Positions 38,501 to 46,371 of a DNA stretch of 59,810 nucleotides are shown here, one piece after another (positions within the stretch are counted from its first letter, which is position 1; each line of letters begins with the position of its first letter). Where the stretch lies: IMG/VR virus record IMGVR_UViG_3300046787_000377, positions 1 through 59,810 of that record. One strand, written 5' to 3'. The translations under genes and the position numbers were made by a program. The notes under the pieces are model-generated. The model was not told the origin of the DNA and made no database searches. It saw nothing but the letters and a program-made list of their open reading frames with translations. This DNA comes from a virus. Taxonomy: Duplodnaviria > Caudoviricetes.

Positions 38501-39241
38501 GCCGGAATAGTAGTTTTAGATTCAGGTTCTGCAAATACTACAGCATCATTCTACTTTGATGGTGAAACAAATGATTGGGGATACGAATATTCCTCATCTA
38601 CTGGTGTTGATTATGCAGTAACAATATTTGGTCCTGAATATACAACAAAAGGTTCACCTACTTACTTAACAACTAATAAAATTCCTAAAGCAGTTGATAA
38701 TCATCATTTAAATGATTCTAATATTACTGATACTGGTACGTTAATTACATTAGGTTCTAATTCAGTTGTAACAGGTACACTTCTTGCTACTGGCACGACA
38801 TTAATATCAGGTTCATCTCAAGTAACACTATCATCTACAACAGGTGGTGGTACAACTGCTAATGTTCGTTTCGGTTCATTGGGAATTGGTATGGATGCAT
38901 CAGGTACAACTGGTAGAATTGATGCAACAAACGATATCGTAGCATATTCTTCATCGGATAGAAGATTTAAAGAAAATATCACACCAATTGAAAATGCATT
39001 AGATAAAATTAATCAAATTGGTGGATATGAGTTCGATTGGAAGGAAGAAAATAAAATTGAGCACGGATACGAAGGACATGATTTAGGAGTTATTGCACAA
39101 GAGATTGAAGCAATCGCACCTGAATTAGTTCAAACTCGTGAAAATGGCTATAAAGCAGTTAAATATGATAAGTTAGTATCAGTATTGATACAGGCTGTAA
39201 AAGAACTTTCTGCAAAAGTAACTGAATTGGAAAACAAATAG
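35579..39241 (+). CDS. Long tail fibre with C-terminal peptidase S74 intramolecular chaperone
   Basis: SSDRRFKENI..GYEFDWK..GVIAQEIE..VKYDKLV; repeat-rich shaft. Confidence 0.85.
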   Translation: MAAILKLRRGSTTPTSLEQSELFYNSTLDTLQVGKSSANNDNITLVKLTDANTGSLHLTGDVTASNLLLSGNATIYGNITFSGSLITIGNENTDNIVISGELSSSIIPNNDNSFDLGASDKRYRNVYATNLNGSITDINILQFTASEETKNSTLATYTGSVNTTLSNLATKNDTLGTYTGSIDTKFTTLGTYTGSIDTKWSTIENVTSSILEHTESINNKFTTLSTYTQSVDNSLQLLNTFSASEEDKNSTLASYTASVDLDITELYSTASNHESRIVYLSSSFSQSVDDRLDQLEVNSGSVNNSISLLNTFSASEETKNSTLASYTASVDSDITELYTTASDHEIRIDGIQDYTSSLKTALELTGSNVTILGNLNVKGTQTVINSTLVQLDENVIKLNGTGAVNGGLLVKDPTSPNTLSGSLLWDTTNDYWKAGPLNQESKILLAGGDNIVSSSAQVVDALKSTFLEINGDNVVSGSSQINLTQTTNYVSGIKDRLNIEGVFSGSSQVIISESADYVSSIKHRLNIESVISSSIQVDVLNTTNFTAYSSSVDDKLVQLANDSASQDSRLDNLELFSSSEETKNSTLATYTGSIDTKWSTIENVTSSLINATASYETKGRDIVSGSSQLTSSYDLRYANSASFKQLIGEWDFGTQGSLRDAAFYSVTSSAQLDTGSITSASLNDTFIFTAGATKEYVNWRTEAILDAIGAADITAVEAGNGLSGGGVTGDVTLSLNTGSTHFTDGVKTKLNLDGVISGSSQIVSILGPLNSFSESQELKDSTLGTYTGSIDTKFTTLGTYTGSVDTKFSTLGTYTGSVDTKFSTLGTYTGSVNTQLIELYTTASNHETRVDSLESWSASLDTLFVTEVELTNLSASIDSRLDNVEIFSSSISTTIKTKLDAEGVISGSSQLTSSYDTRYVTLDGDQTINGTKTFNDIVVNGTGSFAYITSVAGDAKIIGDAFIYLNNDTPTQRYAGIVVLDSGSANTTASFYFDGETNDWGYEYSSSTGVDYAVTIFGPEYTTKGSPTYLTTNKIPKAVDNHHLNDSNITDTGTLITLGSNSVVTGTLLATGTTLISGSSQVTLSSTTGGGTTANVRFGSLGIGMDASGTTGRIDATNDIVAYSSSDRRFKENITPIENALDKINQIGGYEFDWKEENKIEHGYEGHDLGVIAQEIEAIAPELVQTRENGYKAVKYDKLVSVLIQAVKELSAKVTELENK
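37920..38073 (+). repeat. 42-bp coding tandem repeats (about 3.5 units)
   Basis: ctacattaggaacttatactggttcagttgataccaaatttt repeated, encoding STLGTYTGSVDTKF. Confidence 0.9.
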
Positions 39242-39268
39242 ATATTTATAGTAAATAAAACTAAACTT

Positions 39269-39907
39269 ATGGCACAAATCATCAAATTTAAACGTTCCAC
39301 CACCAGTGGGGCAGTTCCCGGTACTGGTTCGTTAGAGTATGGTGAGATTGCTATGAACGTTACTGATGGTAAAGTTTTCTTTAAAAAAGGAAATGATACT
39401 ATACAGGAATTAGTTGCAACTAATACTGATAAACCTATCACAGGTTCAATAAATTTAACTGGTGCAGTTACTGCATCTTATTTTGTTGGAGATGGTAGTA
39501 GATTAGAAAATATTACAGTAGCACAAGCAGCAACAATTCAACGTTCATTTACAAACTCATCTACATGGGTTGTAAACCACAATTTAGATACCCCAAATGC
39601 AATTGCACAAGTATATGATACCGATGGTTATCAAATCATTCCAGCATCATTAAGACATACCAATAATAACACCATTACTATAACTTTATCATCTGCTCAA
39701 AGTGGATATGTAGTTGTGGCAAAGGGTGGTCATATTGTAAGTGGGTCAGTTGATGCAAATAACGTTAGTGGATTAAGTGATTCAATAACAAATCAAGTAA
39801 ATGTGTTAGGATTATTTAGTGGTTCTGCACAAATTAGTTTGAGTGGTGATGTGACCGGAACTGCAGCAGCAACAACAATAACACAAATAGACGGTGGTTC
39901 TATTTAA
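39269..39907 (+). CDS. Short fibre/adaptor protein
   Basis: IKFKRS..GEIAMNVTDGKVF N-terminal module; VNHNL and AKGGHIVSGS; C-terminal IDGGSI. Confidence 0.65.
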   Translation: MAQIIKFKRSTTSGAVPGTGSLEYGEIAMNVTDGKVFFKKGNDTIQELVATNTDKPITGSINLTGAVTASYFVGDGSRLENITVAQAATIQRSFTNSSTWVVNHNLDTPNAIAQVYDTDGYQIIPASLRHTNNNTITITLSSAQSGYVVVAKGGHIVSGSVDANNVSGLSDSITNQVNVLGLFSGSAQISLSGDVTGTAAATTITQIDGGSI

Positions 39908-39950
39908 AAAATATATATTTATTATAAGTTAAATAATTAAGGAAAAAGAG

Positions 39951-41462
39951 ATGATAATACATAGTCCAATAGTTTCAGGTTCACTAACATTCGCTAATGG
40001 TGCGACGTTCACCTTACCAACCGGTGGTGTGTATAGTGGTTCATTTAGTGGTTCATATCAAGGTGCAAACTTTGCAGGTGGTACATTTACCGGTAATGGT
40101 AGTGCATTAACGTTTGGAGGGACTGGAATCGTTTCTGGTTCATCACAACTTACTACTGAATTCGATGCTAGATACCTAAACACAAGTGGTGATGGGATAG
40201 TTTCATCATCAGCACAAGTAACTGAATTGTTACCAACTGGCACTGTGAGTGGTTCATCTCAAATCGTTAGTATACTAATTCCGTTAAATACATTTAGTGC
40301 ATCCGAAGAAACTAAAAATTCTACTCTTGCTACATACACAGGTTCAGTAGATACTAAAAACTCAACATTAGGAACTTATACTGCATCGTTAGAAACTAAA
40401 AACTCTACTCTTGCAACTTATACCGGTTCGGTAGATACTAAATTTTCTACTCTTGCAACTTATACCGGCTCAATAGATACTACTATTAAAACTAAATTAG
40501 ATGCTGATTTAGTAGTGAGTGGTTCTGCATCTGCAGTTAAAACTTTCTTATCATTAGGAAATGTAACTAATGAAAGTAAAGCAACGATGTTTACATCACC
40601 TACTTTCACTGGAACTCCTGTTGCACCAACCGCAGCCTCAAATACAAATTCAACTCAAATTGCTACTACAGCATACGTTCAACAAGAATTGACTGATTTA
40701 ATTGGTGGTGCTAATGAAGCATTTGATACTTTATTGGAAATATCTGCTTCACTTGCATCAGGTGATTCAACATTAAATACATTAGTTTCTGGTAAATTAA
40801 CAAAATCATCTAACTTATCAGATTTAACCGATGCATCGGCAGCTAGAACAAATTTAGGTCTTGTTATCGGTACTAATGTTCAAGCATATAATTCTACTTT
40901 AGCAGCAGTTGCAGGTGGAACATATAGTGGTGATGATTCTATTACTACAATAGGAACGGTCACTGCTGGTAATGTAACTGCTATTTTACCAACAGGTACT
41001 ATAAGTGGTTCATCTCAAGTAACTCTATCATCTACAACAGGCGGTGGTACTTCTGCAAATGTTCAATTTAACTCTTTGGGTATAGGAATGGCAGCATCAA
41101 CTACCACTGGTAGAATTGATGCAACAAACGATATCGTGGCGTATTCATCTTCAGATATTCGTTTCAAGGAAAATATCAAACCAATTGAAAATGCTTTAGA
41201 AAAGATTTCTAAGATTAGTGGTAACACCTATGATTGGAAAGAAGAAAATAAAATTGAGCACGGATATGAAGGAAACGATGTGGGTGTTATCGCTCAAGAG
41301 ATAGAAGAAGTTCTTCCACAATTAGTTCAAACTCGTGAGAGTGGGTTTAAAGCCGTTAAGTATGATAAATTAGTTGCTTTATTGATTGAGGGTATTAAAG
41401 AACAACAATCTCAAATCGAAGAATTAAAAAACAAAATTGAAAAATTAGAAAACGGAAAATAA
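39951..41462 (+). CDS. Tail fibre with C-terminal peptidase S74 chaperone
   Basis: SPTFTGTPVAPTA..TQIATTAYV fibre repeat; SSDIRFKENI..GVIAQE. Confidence 0.85.
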   Translation: MIIHSPIVSGSLTFANGATFTLPTGGVYSGSFSGSYQGANFAGGTFTGNGSALTFGGTGIVSGSSQLTTEFDARYLNTSGDGIVSSSAQVTELLPTGTVSGSSQIVSILIPLNTFSASEETKNSTLATYTGSVDTKNSTLGTYTASLETKNSTLATYTGSVDTKFSTLATYTGSIDTTIKTKLDADLVVSGSASAVKTFLSLGNVTNESKATMFTSPTFTGTPVAPTAASNTNSTQIATTAYVQQELTDLIGGANEAFDTLLEISASLASGDSTLNTLVSGKLTKSSNLSDLTDASAARTNLGLVIGTNVQAYNSTLAAVAGGTYSGDDSITTIGTVTAGNVTAILPTGTISGSSQVTLSSTTGGGTSANVQFNSLGIGMAASTTTGRIDATNDIVAYSSSDIRFKENIKPIENALEKISKISGNTYDWKEENKIEHGYEGNDVGVIAQEIEEVLPQLVQTRESGFKAVKYDKLVALLIEGIKEQQSQIEELKNKIEKLENGK

Positions 41463-41469
41463 TTCCAAC

Positions 41470-41487
41470 ACTCCTTATATAAGGAGT
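41470..41487. repeat. Perfect 18-bp palindrome
   Basis: ACTCCTTATATAAGGAGT. Confidence 0.85.
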
Positions 41488-41531
41488 TTCTAATTTAAGT
41501 AATTATATAATGAAATTGGTAAGTCATACAT

Positions 41532-43640
41532 ATGGCACAAGTATTAAAGTTAAAAAGAACTGCAGTTCAGGGTAAAGTACCTACAACCAGCTCCTTAGAA
41601 TTAGGAGAATTGGCTATAAATACTTATGATGGTAAAATATATTTTGAAAAGGATAATGGTACACCATCTATTCAAACAATATTAGTTACCGACACAACTG
41701 CAACTGGTTCGATTAATTTAATCGGTGCCGTAACTGCTTCATATTTCAGAGGTGATGGTTCTCAAATAACCAATCTACCTGCATCTGATATATCTCAAGT
41801 TGCAACTATAAATTACGCTTTTTTCAATTCATCAAATATATCGGTTAGTCATAATTTTAATTCACGAAATGTAATAATTTCGGTATATGATTTAAATTAT
41901 GCACAAATCATACCTGCTTCTGTAACTCTTACTGATTTAAACACTGCAACAATAACCTTATCATCTGCTCAAAGTGGATATGCAGTTGTAGCAAAAGGTG
42001 GACATATTGTAAGTGGTTCGGCAGATGATTCGAATAGATTAAATGGACAATCTGGGTCATATTATTTAGATTTTACAAACCACACAAATGTTCCAAACGG
42101 ATTAATTAGTGGTTCATCTCAAGTAATTTCAATTTTAGGTTCTTTAAATGATTATACATCATCTCAAGATAGTAAAAATTCCACATTAGGAACTTATACA
42201 GGCTCAGTTGATATTACATTAACAACATTAGATACTAAAAATTCTACACTCGCAACATACACAGGTTCAATTGATGCTAAAAATTCAACATTAGCAACCT
42301 ACACAGGTTCAATTGATGCAAAATGGAGTACCTTAGAAAATGTAACAGCATCTTTAATTAATGCTACATCTTCATATGAAACAAAAGGTAGAGGAATTGT
42401 TTCGGGTTCTTCACAAATAATTGGTATATTAGATTCAGTAAACACATATTCCGCATCATTAAAAACAGCATTAGAATTAACAGGTTCAAATGTTGTAGTT
42501 TTGGGGAATCTAAGTGTTAGAGGTACAACAACTACAATCGATTCAACAACTATTAAATTAGGTGATAATATCATTGAATTGAATGGAACGGGTGCTACGA
42601 ATGGTGGATTATTAGTAAAGGATGAAACTGGTTCAAATACAATAACTGGTTCTTTACTATGGGATTCGACTAACGATTATTGGAAGGCTGGACAACTAAA
42701 TAATGAATCTAAACTTTTATTAGCAGGTGGTGATAATATCGTTAGTGGTTCAACTCAAATAGATTTAACACAAACTAATGGATATACATCATTTAGTTCA
42801 TCATTAGATGGTAGAATTATATCATTAGCTAATTATACATCATCACAAGATAGTAAAAATTCCACATTAGGAACTTATACCGGTTCAATTGATACTAAAA
42901 ATACTACATTAGGTACATATACTGGTTCAGTTGATACAAAATGGAGTACATTAGAAAATGTAACTTCATCTTTAATTAATGCAACAGCATCATACGAAAC
43001 CAAAGGAAATGGTATCATATCATCTTCTGCACAAATTGTTTCATCATTAAATAATCAATCGGTTGATTTTGGAACTGGTTCGATAACAGCATCTTATTTT
43101 GTTGGAGATGGTAGTGGTATTACAAATGTTGTAACTGAAATTGCAGAAGTTGCAACTGTTACTTCATCATTTGATAATCAATCAACGATAGTAGTAACCC
43201 ACAATTTTAATACTAAGAATGTAATAGTTTCAGTTTATGGAACTAATGATTCTCAAATCATACCATCATCAGTAACACTTACTAATAACAATACGGCAAC
43301 AATCGGATTATCATCTGCTGATAGTGGATATATAGTAGTTGCAAAGGGTGGTCATATTGTAAGTGGTTCTACTGAATGGAATAGTGTTGTAAACAAACCC
43401 AATGGATTAGTTAGTGGGTCTACACAAATAACGAATTTAACAACCTATAAAGAAACAGTATCTGGTAATTCTACTTATTTAATCACACATAGTTTAGATG
43501 AAGAATACCCATTAGTTCAGGCTTGGAATACATCAAATAAAAGACAAGAACTACCTTCTATTATAGAATCAACTTCAGCAAACGTATTATCTGTAACATT
43601 TAGTTCTACGTTTAGTGGTTTAATTATAATTAAAAAATAA
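41532..43640 (+). CDS. Tail fibre protein
   Basis: LKLKRT..GELAINTYDGKIY N-terminal module; 14-aa repeats; two AKGGHIVSGS domains. Confidence 0.75.
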   Translation: MAQVLKLKRTAVQGKVPTTSSLELGELAINTYDGKIYFEKDNGTPSIQTILVTDTTATGSINLIGAVTASYFRGDGSQITNLPASDISQVATINYAFFNSSNISVSHNFNSRNVIISVYDLNYAQIIPASVTLTDLNTATITLSSAQSGYAVVAKGGHIVSGSADDSNRLNGQSGSYYLDFTNHTNVPNGLISGSSQVISILGSLNDYTSSQDSKNSTLGTYTGSVDITLTTLDTKNSTLATYTGSIDAKNSTLATYTGSIDAKWSTLENVTASLINATSSYETKGRGIVSGSSQIIGILDSVNTYSASLKTALELTGSNVVVLGNLSVRGTTTTIDSTTIKLGDNIIELNGTGATNGGLLVKDETGSNTITGSLLWDSTNDYWKAGQLNNESKLLLAGGDNIVSGSTQIDLTQTNGYTSFSSSLDGRIISLANYTSSQDSKNSTLGTYTGSIDTKNTTLGTYTGSVDTKWSTLENVTSSLINATASYETKGNGIISSSAQIVSSLNNQSVDFGTGSITASYFVGDGSGITNVVTEIAEVATVTSSFDNQSTIVVTHNFNTKNVIVSVYGTNDSQIIPSSVTLTNNNTATIGLSSADSGYIVVAKGGHIVSGSTEWNSVVNKPNGLVSGSTQITNLTTYKETVSGNSTYLITHSLDEEYPLVQAWNTSNKRQELPSIIESTSANVLSVTFSSTFSGLIIIKK

Positions 43641-43645
43641 AAGTT

Positions 43646-44641
43646 ATGTATGATGTATATTATACAACTGGTGGTGGACCTTGGGTCAATGCCGGTTCTG
43701 ATATATGGGTAAATCTTTGGATGGAGTTAGTTACTCCTAAATTAGATGTTAAACCTATTCTTTTAATTCATCGTAATAAACCAACCGGACATGAAGATTA
43801 CCAATTTCCAATAGAAACGTATTGGCATGGGGATGATATTCAAAAATTTGAAGATTTATGTAATGGTGCACGTAGAATTAACATTTTACATGGACATTAT
43901 ACTCCAATGAAACCCATAGTTGATAATAAAGATAAAATACATTCAAATATACTACATAATTCAGTAGACCATATTTTAAAATCACAAATATTAAGTGATG
44001 TACCGATTGGGTGGCATCCATATTTAAGTTCTGATTGGGAATCCGATGTAATTAATTGGTCTAAAACCAATATTTGGGTTGGATTATATAAGATATTACA
44101 TGAAAATACAAATATACCTAATTTTTACGAATTTAAATTAGATTTACCACTTTCAACTTCAAATAGAATAGGATTTGCTGCTAGAAGTGAGGGAAGAAAA
44201 AACCCACATTATTTAGATGGATTACCATCATATGTTTTTACAAATTCGGTAGAATTTAATTTACTTTGGAAAAATGGTGTAAAGATAGATTTATCAAAAT
44301 CTAAGATATATCATTATAATTCAGAATTTAAAGATAAATTTTATAATATGGATTGGGGAATCTCACATTCTGCGTTTACATCCGAACCATTTGGGTATTC
44401 CATATTTGAAGCAGTAGATAGAGGTAAACTACCCATAATACACTCAAATTGGTGTAAAGATTTTGAGTATCCATATCGTGCATCATCTAAAAAGGAATTT
44501 AGTGATATTTATAGTGAGATTACTTTACAATCACACGAAACGAAATTATTTTGGTTTAACAAAATAAAAACGTTTATGAAACGAAATTTTACTGATAAAG
44601 ATTATTGGATAGAATCTTTATTGGATATTTATAACATATAG
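43646..44641 (+). CDS. Glycosyltransferase (GT-B, GT4-like)
   Basis: N-terminal TGGG; RSEGRKN; EPFGYSIFEA (ExFG..xE). Confidence 0.7.
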   Translation: MYDVYYTTGGGPWVNAGSDIWVNLWMELVTPKLDVKPILLIHRNKPTGHEDYQFPIETYWHGDDIQKFEDLCNGARRINILHGHYTPMKPIVDNKDKIHSNILHNSVDHILKSQILSDVPIGWHPYLSSDWESDVINWSKTNIWVGLYKILHENTNIPNFYEFKLDLPLSTSNRIGFAARSEGRKNPHYLDGLPSYVFTNSVEFNLLWKNGVKIDLSKSKIYHYNSEFKDKFYNMDWGISHSAFTSEPFGYSIFEAVDRGKLPIIHSNWCKDFEYPYRASSKKEFSDIYSEITLQSHETKLFWFNKIKTFMKRNFTDKDYWIESLLDIYNI

Positions 44642-44648
44642 GAGAAAT

Positions 44649-45935
44649 ATGCCAACATTAACATCAGGTAATACATTAAGTTTAAACTCATTAGGTTCAG
44701 CAACCGGAGTAGCAGCAGGTGCACGAGCATTATCTGCAGCAAAGGGAAATACAACAGGTCCAATCGCAATGTCATCATTCGCAATTGATTCAGTTGATTC
44801 AGTTAGTGGTTTTACTTATGCAGTAGAAGGAACTACTGAAACTTACACAATAGGTTTTAGTGGTGCTGGTTCAAATTTTAATAGAATAAGTGGTAGAGCA
44901 GCAAACTTTACATGGAGTGTACCTGCAGGTTCTTTTATTACATTGGGAACAAATAGTGGTGCAAGTGCTACATTTAGTGTATCTAATATGAACCCACAAG
45001 CTCCTAGTTCTCAAGCAGTATTACAATCTATCCAAACTAATACTATTAGATGTGTATTCAATGATGGATTTAATGACCACATCGGTTCTGGTAACGGATA
45101 TGGTGCAAATAGAGACAAAACAGTATATTCGGTAGATTCATATGATGGTAATTCGGTTGCACTTTGTTTAACATCGGATTCTCCAATTTTAATGGCAGAT
45201 GGAAGTATAAAAGAAATCGGTGAAATTGAAGAAGGTGATGTATTAAAAGGATACTCAATTGGTGGTTTAGATGAAAATTCAGATGGAACATTCTATGACT
45301 GGTCAACATCTACACTAAGTACAACTCCTAAAGATGTGACTGTTGTAAATGTAGTATATTCTTTCACAGGAAAATATTATAGTATTAACAACGGACAAAT
45401 TACTGCAACATCAGAACACCCAATGTTAGTTAAAGAATTATCAAGTGGTGATTATAAATTTAAACAAATATTCTTATTAGAAGTTGGTGATAAATTAATT
45501 AAATCAACTGAAACTGGAGTAGAAGAAATTGAAATAACATCTATTACATTAGAGAATGAAACAACTGAAATCGTTTCAATTGATGTTGAAGAAAACGATA
45601 CTTACTTAGTTAATGGATATATCACTCATAATAAAGGTGGTAACTCACATTCTGATTTAGGTGCACCGAATGCTCCAACGGGATTAGCATATTCATCTCC
45701 ACGTATCGATTGGACTGCAGTGACAGGAACTGGTACGACAGGTGTTACTGCGTATGATGTTCAAATAGATAATAACTCTGATTTCAGTTCTCCTGAAATT
45801 AATTATAGTGAGTGGAGTACTACTGGATTAGAAGTTAATACACTTTTAACTTCGGGAACATGGTATTGTAGAGTAAGAGCAATTGACCATGGATTGAAAA
45901 GTAACTGGTCTACAACTTTAACATTTAGTAGATAA
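44649..45935 (+). CDS. Putative tail-tip protein with Hint (intein-like) domain and C-terminal fibronectin type III-like domain
   Basis: Cys173 CLTSDSPILMADG, TSEHPM, YLVNGYITHN328-K; C-terminal PNAPTGL..W..Y...WYCRVRA. Confidence 0.8.
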   Translation: MPTLTSGNTLSLNSLGSATGVAAGARALSAAKGNTTGPIAMSSFAIDSVDSVSGFTYAVEGTTETYTIGFSGAGSNFNRISGRAANFTWSVPAGSFITLGTNSGASATFSVSNMNPQAPSSQAVLQSIQTNTIRCVFNDGFNDHIGSGNGYGANRDKTVYSVDSYDGNSVALCLTSDSPILMADGSIKEIGEIEEGDVLKGYSIGGLDENSDGTFYDWSTSTLSTTPKDVTVVNVVYSFTGKYYSINNGQITATSEHPMLVKELSSGDYKFKQIFLLEVGDKLIKSTETGVEEIEITSITLENETTEIVSIDVEENDTYLVNGYITHNKGGNSHSDLGAPNAPTGLAYSSPRIDWTAVTGTGTTGVTAYDVQIDNNSDFSSPEINYSEWSTTGLEVNTLLTSGTWYCRVRAIDHGLKSNWSTTLTFSR

Positions 45936-46005
45936 TAATTTTACGTTTCGGAACTTTTCGTATATTTATATATATAATTAATTACAAACAATATAATATA
46001 TCAAA

Positions 46006-46275
46006 ATGGCAGAAGAAATTAAGTTTACGGAAGATGAGGTTAAACAAATCAATCAATTAAGATTCGATGTGGGTGCAGTTTTTACCCAATTAGGTCAAAT
46101 TCAAATTGAAAAAAGAAAGAGACTTGAGGAATTAGAACAAAATGAAGAAAGTATATTATCTAAATATACTGAATTGGTTGCAAAAGAAGATACTCTATTC
46201 AAAGAGTTAAACGAGAAGTACGGAGATGGTGATTATGACCCTACAACAGGAATATTCACCCCGCTAGAAAAATAA
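46006..46275 (+). CDS. Small coiled-coil protein
   Basis: LGQI..LNEKYGDG.YDPTTG.F; late-promoter motif. Confidence 0.6.
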   Translation: MAEEIKFTEDEVKQINQLRFDVGAVFTQLGQIQIEKRKRLEELEQNEESILSKYTELVAKEDTLFKELNEKYGDGDYDPTTGIFTPLEK

Positions 46276-46371
46276 TAACATCGTTACACATATCAAAAAA
46301 TAATATTTTAGAAAAAGTAATTTATACTTATATGTGTATCATTACACAAACTTTAATTAGGAGTAAATAAA

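Noticed and set aside
32676-43640. Diversity-generating retroelement or invertible shufflon acting on fibres
   Set aside because: No reverse transcriptase or invertase in the window, no inverted cassettes, and repeat differences are not visibly adenine-specific.
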